Shown here in pieces: positions 17,797 to 26,424 of a stretch of DNA of 64,000 nucleotides (position 1 is its first letter; every line of letters begins with the position of its first letter). The notes under the pieces are model-generated. The model was not told the origin of the DNA, searched no databases, and saw only the letters and a program-made list of their open reading frames with translations. The stretch comes from Chloroflexota bacterium. Its GTDB lineage: Bacteria; Chloroflexota; UBA6077; FW602-bin22; CADDYW01. The translations under genes and the position numbers were made by a program. The stretch covers positions 2,020 to 66,019 of the forward strand of contig DAOUGO010000151.1 of the NCBI GenBank assembly GCA_034429075.1, given 5' to 3'.

Positions 17797-18479
17797 GGAT
17801 GATCACCATCTCTCCCCTGACCTGGTGCGACCGACGCCAGCTCAGACGAGTCGGCCTCATCTCCGCCAGCGGGTTGCTCCTCTCGCATCACCGTCTCCGC
17901 CGGCAGAGCTACGACGCCCACCCCACCTTGCAGGCCACTATCTTCCGCGCACTGTGCGCCGTCCCCCGGTGATGCCAGCGGGTTGCCATCCGGCACACCA
18001 TCCAGAGCCCGCGGCACCCCGTGCGTCCAGTCATCTCCAATCGTCAGGGAATCGTCGAACACGGCACGCCGACGGGACACCCCATCACCATTCAGCGCCC
18101 CGTGGGTCCAGTCATCGGCGATGTAGTCGTAATAAGGCGGGTAGAGGAAGTAGGAACTCCGAACCGGCTCGGCCGGGGGCTGGACTACCGGCGGAGCAGC
18201 CGGTGCCGGCAGAACCTCAGCCGGGGCGGTATCGGCGGCTGGCGTCGGCACCGGTGCCGGGGGCGTCGGTTCATCGGTCAGCGACAGGGCACGCTGGATC
18301 TCATAGAGCGGATTCTCACCGGCGAACTGGGCGGACAATTCCTCGGTCGCCCGACGGAACTCCCGAATCCATCGGCCGATCGAGGCGGCGACCTCCGGGA
18401 TCTTCTCCGGTCCCAGGACCACCATCGCCACCAGCAGAATCAGCAACAGTTCGCCCGGCGACAGGCCGAATAAATTCAC
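17793..18479 (-). CDS. TatA/TatB-family Sec-independent translocase protein with a long Pro/Ala-rich C-terminal extension.
   Basis: N-terminus MNLFGLSPGELLLILLVAMVVLGPEKIPEVAASIGRWIREFRRA (TM helix plus amphipathic helix with the GP..K.P motif). The 228-aa length is TatB-like or longer. Confidence 0.85.
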   Translation of the reverse strand: MNLFGLSPGELLLILLVAMVVLGPEKIPEVAASIGRWIREFRRATEELSAQFAGENPLYEIQRALSLTDEPTPPAPVPTPAADTAPAEVLPAPAAPPVVQPPAEPVRSSYFLYPPYYDYIADDWTHGALNGDGVSRRRAVFDDSLTIGDDWTHGVPRALDGVPDGNPLASPGDGAQCAEDSGLQGGVGVVALPAETVMREEQPAGGDEADSSELASVAPGQGRDGDHP

Positions 18480-18594
18480 CGCTTACTCCTCGCACGGAAA
18501 CCCGCGGCGACCGCCCGGCCGACGACCGATTCCGTGGCGTGGTCCGCGACCGCCCTGTGCCTATCAGGCGGTACGCCCGCCTGGGCAGGACCGC

Positions 18595-18837
18595 TTAGAG
18601 CTGGTGCTCAGTAATATAGTCGACCGCGTCCTGCACCGTGTGGATCTTGGCGGCAGCGTCGTCGGAGATCTCCATGCCAAACTCTTCCTCCAACGACATG
18701 ATAAGCTCGACCAGATCCAACGAGTCGGCGTTGAGATCCTCAACGAACGCTGCGGACGCCTGCACCTGGTCCTCGTCAACGCCCAGCTGCTCCACGATGA
18801 TCTTCTTCACTTTTGCGAAGACTTCGTCAGACGACAT
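18595..18837 (-). CDS. acpP: Acyl carrier protein.
   Basis: [30 protein letters not shown], with the DSLD phosphopantetheine-attachment Ser motif; 80 aa. Confidence 0.95.
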   Translation of the reverse strand: MSSDEVFAKVKKIIVEQLGVDEDQVQASAAFVEDLNADSLDLVELIMSLEEEFGMEISDDAAAKIHTVQDAVDYITEHQL

Positions 18838-18924
18838 CCTGTCACCCCTGCCTGGACTCCTGGGAAGAACGGGTTTTCTCTTCGCTGCTATTCGGAGTTC
18901 GGCGCGATTCGCCTATGGCGATCG

Positions 18925-19368
18925 CTAGGCCTGCTGCCCTCGACCAGCCGCCACCGTCCCGAGGACGCCATTGACGAAGCGGCTGGAGCTGTCACTCCCG
19001 AAGATCTTGGCGATTTCCACAGCCTCGTTGATTGCGGCCTTCATTGGCACGCGCCTATTATCAAACAAAAGCTCATAGATTGCAAGGCGAAGGACATTCT
19101 TGTCCACCGGCGGCATCTGCTCCAGCGGCCACAGCGGAGCGGCCTGGGACAGGATGCGGTCGATCTCAGCTCGATGCTCGACGACACCCGTCACGAGCTG
19201 CCGAGCATATGCGGCATCCACCTCGCCGGCCTCCCCTTCCGCCAGGTTCCGCTCCAGGACGGCCAAGGGATCATGGCCGACCAGATCCGCCTCAAACAGC
19301 GACTGCATGGCGACGATCCGGGCCTGGCGCCGCCGACGCGGTGACAGGCCCGCGTCTCTCTCGCTCAC
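18925..19368 (-). CDS. nusB: Transcription antitermination factor NusB.
   Basis: RRRQARIVAMQSLFEADL.., PPVDKNVLRLAIYELLF.. and VPMKAAINEAVEIAKIFGSDSSSRFVNGVLG. Confidence 0.9.
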   Translation of the reverse strand: MSERDAGLSPRRRRQARIVAMQSLFEADLVGHDPLAVLERNLAEGEAGEVDAAYARQLVTGVVEHRAEIDRILSQAAPLWPLEQMPPVDKNVLRLAIYELLFDNRRVPMKAAINEAVEIAKIFGSDSSSRFVNGVLGTVAAGRGQQA

Positions 19369-20312
19369 GGCATCTGCACCAGGACATCGACCGTTTCCTC
19401 ATCCTCCATGGGAAACACGCGCGGCGCGGGCACGATGCGCCGGACCAGCCCACTCAGAACCCGCCCCGGGGCAAGCTCGATCAGCAGATCGGGCCCGAAG
19501 TCAACCAGCCGCCGCACGCTCTCCGTCCAGCGGACGCGCCCGCACAGCTGATCAACCAGCTCTGCACGGATCTCCGCCGGCTCCTGAATCGCCCTCGCGG
19601 AACAGTTGGCGACGACCGGGCAGACTGCACGGTGGATTGCGACCTCATCAATCACCCGCGCGAGCTCTCGCCGAGCCGATTCCATAAGCGGCGAATGGAA
19701 AGCGCCGCTCGTCGCGAGAGGGACCAGACGCCGCGCGCCCCGCTCGAGTGCGAGTGCTCCCACCCGCTCGACCGCATTCGGCATACCGCTGACCACAATC
19801 TGGCCCGGCGCATTATCGTTCGCGACGACTACAACCCCTGACCGGTCGCCGCACTCAGTTACCTGGCGGCAGAGATCCTCCACGACCGACAGCTCAAGCC
19901 CCAGGATCGCCAGCATGATACCGGGCATCTCTGTACCGGCCTGCTGCATCAGACGCCCTCTCGCCGCAACCAGGCGAAGGCCGTCCGCAAAGCCCAGCGC
20001 CCCGGCCACCGCCAGAGCTGTATACTCACCCAGGCTGTGTCCCGCTGCAACCGCCAACTCGATCCGATCGTCTAGAACCTCGCGCAGTGCCTGCCAGCTG
20101 GCGTAACCGACGACGTACAGCAGCGGCTGGGTGGTATCGGTCGCCCTCAGCTCCGCGTCCGTTCCTTCGAAGCATAAACGGCTGACATCGCGGCCAAGCA
20201 CATCAGAGGCTTCCGCGAAGACGGCCCGGACTGCGGAGAACCGCTCCCACAGGGCCCGTCCCATGCCGGTGTGCTGACTTCCCTGGCCTGGGCACAGCAG
20301 TCCTACACGCAT
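19365..20312 (-). CDS. fabD: Malonyl-CoA:ACP transacylase.
   Basis: LLCPGQGSQHTGMG and the active-site motif GHSLGEYTALAVAG. The stop overlaps the nusB start by 4 nt. Confidence 0.95.
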   Translation of the reverse strand: MRVGLLCPGQGSQHTGMGRALWERFSAVRAVFAEASDVLGRDVSRLCFEGTDAELRATDTTQPLLYVVGYASWQALREVLDDRIELAVAAGHSLGEYTALAVAGALGFADGLRLVAARGRLMQQAGTEMPGIMLAILGLELSVVEDLCRQVTECGDRSGVVVVANDNAPGQIVVSGMPNAVERVGALALERGARRLVPLATSGAFHSPLMESARRELARVIDEVAIHRAVCPVVANCSARAIQEPAEIRAELVDQLCGRVRWTESVRRLVDFGPDLLIELAPGRVLSGLVRRIVPAPRVFPMEDEETVDVLVQMP

Positions 20313-20319
20313 TCCTCAA

Positions 20320-20502
20320 CTAGGCCTTCTTCTTCAGGACCTCCTCCCCCTTATAGGTGCCGCAGTGGGGGCAGACCTGGTGGGACGGCCGCGGGTTGCC
20401 ACAGTGCGGACACCGTACCAGGTGGGGAACCGCGACGTGGAGATGGCTCCGACGCTTCCCCTGGCGGGCATGCGAGGTACGCCGTTTTGGCAGTGGTGGC
20501 AT
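20320..20502 (-). CDS. rpmF: 50S ribosomal protein L32.
   Basis: PKRRTSHARQGKRRSH..CPHCGNPRPSHQVCPHCGTYKG (Zn-ribbon form of L32); 60 aa. Confidence 0.95.
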   Translation of the reverse strand: MPPLPKRRTSHARQGKRRSHLHVAVPHLVRCPHCGNPRPSHQVCPHCGTYKGEEVLKKKA

Positions 20503-20675
20503 GGATCAACCCTCTCTTGATCTTGACTGATGTACAGGCACTGTTCTGGCCCCACCGTCCCGGTCGGCTTCCGCAGCCCAACCGGCTCCCGGGGCAGACA
20601 CCTCCCCTTATCCCGTGCAAACGCCTCCGCCACAGGCTGGCAATTACACGGATACGGGGGGCTATGGCACGACGA

Positions 20676-21215
20676 TTACTCCCCGTGCTCCTCCTCGGAT
20701 GCGAGGAGTGCCCGGAGGACAGCAAACCGGTGGTCTACTGGCTCGACGATACACGTGCACTTCTGTTGATTGAGATTCGTACCGCACTGCGGGCACAAGC
20801 CGCCGCACTCCGTCGAGCACAATGGCTTCATGGGCAGCGCCAGGATGCCGTACTCGCGGATAGCAGGCTCCAGGTCGAGCTCGTGCTTCTCGTTGATCAA
20901 ATAGGCGTAGCTCTCGTGGGGAACACGCGCCGCCAGACCGGTGACAATATCGACTGTCGGAATATATTCCTCCTCGAAGCGGATCGGCAGATCCGCGACG
21001 AAGACGTCCAGGCAGCGGCTGCACTCGAGTCGGACGGATGTAGTCAGCCGCGCTTTCACCACGATGCTCCGGTTGGTCTTCAGGAGCCGCACCGTCCCGG
21101 TGACCGAGCGGGTGAGCTCGATCCGATCGTCCAGGGTCGGTATCTGCTCATCGATCTCATACTCCCGGGTCGTCCCCACGGGCGCCTTCAGCAACTGGGC
21201 AACATTGATGACCAT
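20676..21215 (-). CDS. yceD: YceD/DUF177-family protein (large-subunit rRNA accumulation protein).
   Basis: CSRCLDVF.. and the C-terminal CSTECGGLCPQCGTNLNQQKC cysteine cluster, in the classic position upstream of rpmF. Confidence 0.85.
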   Translation of the reverse strand: MVINVAQLLKAPVGTTREYEIDEQIPTLDDRIELTRSVTGTVRLLKTNRSIVVKARLTTSVRLECSRCLDVFVADLPIRFEEEYIPTVDIVTGLAARVPHESYAYLINEKHELDLEPAIREYGILALPMKPLCSTECGGLCPQCGTNLNQQKCTCIVEPVDHRFAVLRALLASEEEHGE

Positions 21216-21315
21216 CCCTCAACCTCCTCGGCCGGCCGCGCGAGGCACCCACCCCAGATCATGAGAGTATACGCACCCGGCCGCCAGCCGTCAAAAGCGG
21301 CCATCCAGTCTTGGC

Positions 21316-21789
21316 CTACTCGGTCGGATGGCCACTGTTCTCCGGGGTCCGGTGAAGCGACCGATCCAGCGTTGCGCGCCCCTTCCGAACTGTCGCCAGG
21401 AGCTTGGTGAGCTCATTCTCGAGATTGCCGAGGACGTCCAGGGCATACATATCGGCGCCCTGGCGGATCTCCTCGGCCTGCCGCCGGGCCTCGGCGATGA
21501 TCTGTTGAGTCTCTTCCTGGGCCCGTCGGATCAGCTCGTTCTCGCTGAGCATCAGGCTCGCGCGCTCGCGGGCCGCATTGATGATCTTGTCCGCCTCTTC
21601 CTCGGCCTGCATGATCACCCGCTCGCGTTCCTGGCTCATGCGGCGCGCCTGCTTGATCTCCTCAGGCACGGTGACCCGGAGCTGGTCGATGATGTCGAGA
21701 AACTCCTGCTCATCAATGATCGTTCGCGACGAGAGTGGAAGCCGCGTCCCGGAGCTTACCAGCTGTTCCAGGCGGTCAATCAACTGCAA
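21316..21789 (-). CDS. Hypothetical coiled-coil protein (ATP-synthase-b/DivIVA-like charged helix).
   Basis: High GC3 in this frame. The sequence is heptad-rich and charged (QARRMSQERERVIMQAEEEADKIINAARERASLML..RRQAEEIRQGAD). I recognise no catalytic motif. Confidence 0.6.
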   Translation of the reverse strand: MQLIDRLEQLVSSGTRLPLSSRTIIDEQEFLDIIDQLRVTVPEEIKQARRMSQERERVIMQAEEEADKIINAARERASLMLSENELIRRAQEETQQIIAEARRQAEEIRQGADMYALDVLGNLENELTKLLATVRKGRATLDRSLHRTPENSGHPTE

Positions 21790-21817
21790 GACGTCGATGA
21801 TCTCACCCCCTTACCCG

Positions 21818-22339
21818 CTAGCTCGTCAGCCAACGAGGTACTGGTGCCGTCTCTTCCTGCTTTGCCAGCTTCTGACGCAGTGCATCGGCGACAAAATCGG
21901 GAACAAGCCCCTCGACAGTCCCGCCGAGCTTGATAACCTCCTTGATCAGGCTTGCGCTGAGGAAGCTGTACTGCAGACTGGCAACGAGAAAAACTTCTTC
22001 TACATCCGGCGCCAGCGTACGGTTCATAAGGGCCATCTGGGTCTCGATCTCATAATCGGAGACCGCGCGGAGCCCACGCACAATCACCCGGGCGCCCGCC
22101 TGGCGGGCAAACTCCACCAGGAGGCCCCCAAAGGCCCGCACCTCGATATTGCCGACACCAGCCAGCGCCTTCTCGGCCATGGCCACGCGCTCTGCCGTAT
22201 CGAACACGAGGGTCTTGGCGGGCGTATCGTATACCGCGACGATCACGTGCTCGAAGATCTGGGCGGCACGCCGCGCGATATCAACGTGCCCCATCGTAAT
22301 CGGATCAAACGTCCCCGGATATACCGCCGTCATGGTCAT
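21818..22339 (-). CDS. coaD: Phosphopantetheine adenylyltransferase.
   Basis: AVYPGTFDPITMGHVDIARRAAQIF (T/HxGH nucleotidyltransferase motif) and a C-terminal ISASLIKEV-type motif. Confidence 0.95.
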   Translation of the reverse strand: MTMTAVYPGTFDPITMGHVDIARRAAQIFEHVIVAVYDTPAKTLVFDTAERVAMAEKALAGVGNIEVRAFGGLLVEFARQAGARVIVRGLRAVSDYEIETQMALMNRTLAPDVEEVFLVASLQYSFLSASLIKEVIKLGGTVEGLVPDFVADALRQKLAKQEETAPVPRWLTS

Positions 22340-22985
22340 GATGAATCATCTCTCCCGCGTCACCGACCGGCATCCGTCGGTAGATCGTCAGAACCGTATC
22401 CCCATGGCGCCGCACGCGGATCCTGGCGAGATCCTGGCTGATCTCACCAGGATCTGCACCGTGCGCGTGCTCCACCGCCACCAGCCCGTACGGCATTACC
22501 AGACCACGGGTGGTAAGAGCCTCGATCACCTCCCGCACGCTGGGATCCCGGTACGGTGGATCCATAACGACCACCCCATACGGGGCGTGGTGTGCTGGTT
22601 CAACACCGCCCGTGACGAAGCGCAGGGCATCCATCCCAAACACCCGGGCCCGCGTTCGGAAGCCGGTGAGCGCGAGATTCTGGGCGATCACGCGTCGGGC
22701 TGTGGCATCGCGCTCGACAAAATCGCACCACGCCGCTCCACGCGACAGCGCCTCGATTCCCAGGGCTCCAGTCCCGGCGTACAGGTCGAGCACGGTCAGG
22801 CCCCTCCAGAGCTCAGGGCTACCTGGCCCGGCGCCCTCCACGGCGCTCCCCGGCCGTCGCTCCGTGAGAAGCGACTCGAGCATCGAGAATAACGCCGCCT
22901 TGGCCCGGTCCGAAGTCGGCCGCGTCACAGCGCTCGACGGACCGATCAGCTGCCGGCCGCGTGCCGCCCCGGCGATCACTCGCAT
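22305..22985 (-). CDS. rsmD: 16S rRNA (guanine966-N2)-methyltransferase RsmD.
   Basis: MRVIAGAARGRQL..TRPTSDRAKAALFSML..VLDLYAGTGALGIEALSRGA..VVMDPPY. ATG 22985 is preferred over the ORF-track start at 23009. Confidence 0.9.
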   Translation of the reverse strand: MRVIAGAARGRQLIGPSSAVTRPTSDRAKAALFSMLESLLTERRPGSAVEGAGPGSPELWRGLTVLDLYAGTGALGIEALSRGAAWCDFVERDATARRVIAQNLALTGFRTRARVFGMDALRFVTGGVEPAHHAPYGVVVMDPPYRDPSVREVIEALTTRGLVMPYGLVAVEHAHGADPGEISQDLARIRVRRHGDTVLTIYRRMPVGDAGEMIHHDHDGGISGDV

Positions 22986-23105
22986 CACGTGCCGCCCTGA
23001 CTGCCGCACCGTGCTGCGGATAGTCCGCGCTCTCTATGCCGCGTCCAAAATTCCCCACGGGCTACACCCTCCATTGGGCAACGGCATCCACAGCCACGGG
23101 CAGCG

Positions 23106-25559
23106 CTAGCTAAGATCGAGATCCTGCTGCCAGAATCGTTCCACCATCCGACGAATCAGGCAGTGCTCTGGTGCCTCGAGGTCCGGATCCTCGCGCGTCA
23201 GATACTCCGCCGCGCGCCGGGCGTGCTCGATAACCTCACCATCGCCCCACCGTGCAACCTTGAAGCCCGGAAGCCCGCTCTGCCGTGTTCCGAGGAACTC
23301 GCCTGGGCCCCGCAGGCGCAGATCCTGCTCGGCCAGGTCGAAGCCGTCGTGCGTTCGTTCCAGGATCTTCAGCCGCTCGATGGCCACCTCGCTCGGGCTG
23401 TCTGCGATGAGCAGACAGTAAGAGGGAGCTTCGCCCCGGCCGACGCGCCCCCGGAACTGGTGGAGCTGGGCAAGGCCAAATCGATTCGCCCCCTCAATGA
23501 GCATAACCGTCGCATTCGGCACGTCGATGCCAACCTCCACAACGGCAGTCGATACGAGCACATCGAGTTCGCGGCGCTGGAACTGGCGCATGACCAATTC
23601 TTTCTCGGCCGGCTTCATTCGCCCATGGAGAAGGCCCAGACGAAGATCCGGAAACACCTCACGCTGGAGGCGCTGGTACTCGTCGATGGCCGCTCGGGCC
23701 TCCAATCGCTCGCTTTCCTCCACCAGCGGGCAGATGATAAACGCCTGGTGCCCCTCCGCGACCTGCTGACGCACGAACGTATACGCCCTGGGCCGATCGG
23801 TCGGGCGTAGACAGCGTGTTTTAATCCGCTGGCGCCCAGGCGGCAGCTCGTCAATAACGATCAGATCGAGATCGCCGTACAGGGTCAGGGCCAGGGTGCG
23901 AGGGATCGGGGTGGCCGACATCACCAGGACATGGGGATTATACCCTTTCTGCCGGAGGATGCTACGCTGGTGGACCCCGAAGCGGTGCTGCTCGTCGATG
24001 ACCACGAGCCCAAGGCGGCAGAAGGTCAATCCCTCCTGCACCAGGGCATGGGTGCCGACCACGATCTCTGCCGCTCCCTCGGCAATCGCCTGGTAGCGGC
24101 GGCGCCGTTCCGTTCCCTTCACCGAGCCGGTCAGCAAGACGACCTGCGGAGCACGATCGCCCATGGGGGCGAGGAGGCGGAGAAGCGTCTGATAGTGCTG
24201 CTCGGCAAGAATCTCAGTCGGTGCCATCAGGGCCGCCTGATAGCCGCTGGCTGCAGCCTGCACCATCGCCGCAGCCGCCACCACGGTCTTCCCCGAGCCC
24301 ACGTCGCCCTGAAGCAACAGGCTCATCGGACGGGTCCGTTCGATACGCTCCCGGATCGCGGTGAGGGCACGCTCCTGGGCCCCGGTGAGGCGGAACGGCA
24401 GGCTCTCCAGGAAAAGAGGAACCCGATCAGCCCCCGCACCCAGCGCAGGGGCTGGATCGCCAAGCTCCCAGGCCCGCCGCCGCCGAAGCACCCCAACCTG
24501 CACCACCAGCCATTCGTCAAAGGCCAGACGCCGCTTTCCCGCTGCCAGTAGCCGATCGCTGTCCGGGAAATGCGCCTGCATCAGGGCAACCGGCAGCTCC
24601 AGGAGCCCGAACTCGTCGCGAATCGCGGCCGGCAAGGGGTCTGGCACCAGCGATGCGTATTGATCCAGGGTCTGCTTGATCAACCGCCGGAGAAAGCGCT
24701 CGCTCAGCCCATCAACGAGAGGATAGACCGGCACCAGGCGCCCCGTGTGCAGGGTTTCGGCCCCCGCGACGGGTTCCCATTCCGGATCCTTGAAGACAGG
24801 ATGCCCTCCAACGATCCGGGCCTCACCGCTAACGGCGACCTCCCGGCCGGGCCTCAGCTCTGATGAGATGTAGTCCTTCCGGCGAATCCAGACCGCCTCA
24901 GCGGTACCGGTCGCATCCGCCAGCGTCGCGCGAATCACGATCAGCCCGCCAGCCTTCCGTTCTGCCTTGACATCCCAGACGGTCGCAAGGACTGTCTCGA
25001 ACCCCTCGAACGATAAGTCGCGGATTGGCTTCGCCGCTCGATAATCGAGGTGGTAGCGCGGGAAGTGATAGAGAAGATCGCGAATCGTCCGAACCCCGAG
25101 GCGACGCAAACGCTCCGCGTTGGCACTTCCAACCCCGCGAAGCGCAAGCACCGGCGCCTCGAGGGAGTCCGCCGCGCCCCCCTCATTGCCCCCATCCGAT
25201 CGGCGGCGGGATACCGCTCGCGTCCGGGAGCGTGGGCGAACTGGAACAGCCGCTGGCGTGGACGCCGCTGGAACAGCCTCCGCCGGGACCGCCGGAGCAG
25301 GACGGTCCAGCGCCGCCAGCACCTCCTCGATAGCCGCCTGTCGCTCATCGACGCTGCGCGCGGCGTAGCCGACCAACGGTGCGACGAGCCGCTCGGTACG
25401 TGCCCGCGCCCCAGCCGGCTGCCCTGCCAACCACCGCTCCAGGAAGCGCTCAAGCCCGCCGATCACAGCACCGTTGGTATACCCTCGCCGCCGCTCGAGA
25501 TCGAGGACACGACGGAGGAGATCGATCGAGCTGTTAAGGCTCATCGCGTCTCGGCTCAT
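23106..25559 (-). CDS. recG: ATP-dependent DNA helicase RecG.
   Basis: Wedge-domain region, Walker A GDVGSGKT, DEQHRFG, SATPIPRTL, the helicase C motif HGRMK..E, and TTVVEVGIDVPNA. Confidence 0.95.
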   Translation of the reverse strand: MSRDAMSLNSSIDLLRRVLDLERRRGYTNGAVIGGLERFLERWLAGQPAGARARTERLVAPLVGYAARSVDERQAAIEEVLAALDRPAPAVPAEAVPAASTPAAVPVRPRSRTRAVSRRRSDGGNEGGAADSLEAPVLALRGVGSANAERLRRLGVRTIRDLLYHFPRYHLDYRAAKPIRDLSFEGFETVLATVWDVKAERKAGGLIVIRATLADATGTAEAVWIRRKDYISSELRPGREVAVSGEARIVGGHPVFKDPEWEPVAGAETLHTGRLVPVYPLVDGLSERFLRRLIKQTLDQYASLVPDPLPAAIRDEFGLLELPVALMQAHFPDSDRLLAAGKRRLAFDEWLVVQVGVLRRRRAWELGDPAPALGAGADRVPLFLESLPFRLTGAQERALTAIRERIERTRPMSLLLQGDVGSGKTVVAAAAMVQAAASGYQAALMAPTEILAEQHYQTLLRLLAPMGDRAPQVVLLTGSVKGTERRRRYQAIAEGAAEIVVGTHALVQEGLTFCRLGLVVIDEQHRFGVHQRSILRQKGYNPHVLVMSATPIPRTLALTLYGDLDLIVIDELPPGRQRIKTRCLRPTDRPRAYTFVRQQVAEGHQAFIICPLVEESERLEARAAIDEYQRLQREVFPDLRLGLLHGRMKPAEKELVMRQFQRRELDVLVSTAVVEVGIDVPNATVMLIEGANRFGLAQLHQFRGRVGRGEAPSYCLLIADSPSEVAIERLKILERTHDGFDLAEQDLRLRGPGEFLGTRQSGLPGFKVARWGDGEVIEHARRAAEYLTREDPDLEAPEHCLIRRMVERFWQQDLDLS

Positions 25560-25571
25560 CCTCTCTTCGAA

Positions 25572-26417
25572 TCACCCATCCCCACCGGGGAGCACGACAA
25601 CGCCGATGCCTCCCGGTCCGGCGTGGGCACCGATCACCGGGCCATAGCGCCCAACCAGCACGCGCTCGGCTGGACAACGAGCACCTACGCGATCCAGGAG
25701 GGCGGCGGCCTCACCGGGCGTCCCACCGTGCAGAATGGCCAAACGATCAATCCGGGGGAAGGTCTCGACGAACTCGGCCAGCCGATCGAGCGCACGCGCC
25801 CGGGTCCGGACGCGCTCGACCGGCTGCACCTCGCCCTCTTCGAGCTTGAGGATTGGCCGAATGCTCAACAGGGACCCAAGGAAAGCACTCGCCCGTCCGA
25901 TCCGCCCTCCGCGCTGGAGGTACTCCAGGGTATCCACGACAAACATGATACGCACCATGGAGATGCGGCGCTCGATCCAGGATACGATCGCCTCGCGGCT
26001 GGCCCCAGCGCGTGCCTGCTCGGCAGCCTCCAGCACCAGAAGCCCCAGTCCCAGGCTGGCCGAGAGCGAGTCAATGACTGTTACCTGCTCGGGCTCCGGT
26101 AGCCCATCGCGCGCCAGCAAGGCTGACCGGACGGTGCCGCTGAGCTTCGATGAAATGTGAATGGATATGATCGCACTCCCATCGGCCATCAGTTGTCGAT
26201 AGGTCTCTGCGAAAAGGGCCGGAGACGGCTGGGATGTTCGCGGGATATCAGGACGAGCCGCCAGGATCTGGAAGAACTGCTCTGCGTCAAGGTCAATGCC
26301 GTCACGGTACACACGCTCGCCGATGTGGACATTCAGCGGGACCACCGCGATCCCGAGACGTTCGCAGAGCGCGGGCGGCAGATCACTGGTACTATCGGTC
26401 ACAATGCGGACAGCCAT
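25572..26417 (-). CDS. DegV-family fatty-acid-binding protein (FakB-like).
   Basis: MAVRIVTDSTSDLPPALCERLGIAVVPLNVHIGERVYRDGIDL. ATG 26417 lies 7 nt after the upstream stop. The 79-aa N-terminal extension in the ORF track overlaps the DAK2 gene and looks spurious. Confidence 0.9.
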   Translation of the reverse strand: MAVRIVTDSTSDLPPALCERLGIAVVPLNVHIGERVYRDGIDLDAEQFFQILAARPDIPRTSQPSPALFAETYRQLMADGSAIISIHISSKLSGTVRSALLARDGLPEPEQVTVIDSLSASLGLGLLVLEAAEQARAGASREAIVSWIERRISMVRIMFVVDTLEYLQRGGRIGRASAFLGSLLSIRPILKLEEGEVQPVERVRTRARALDRLAEFVETFPRIDRLAILHGGTPGEAAALLDRVGARCPAERVLVGRYGPVIGAHAGPGGIGVVVLPGGDG

Positions 26418-26424
26418 CGCGGCA

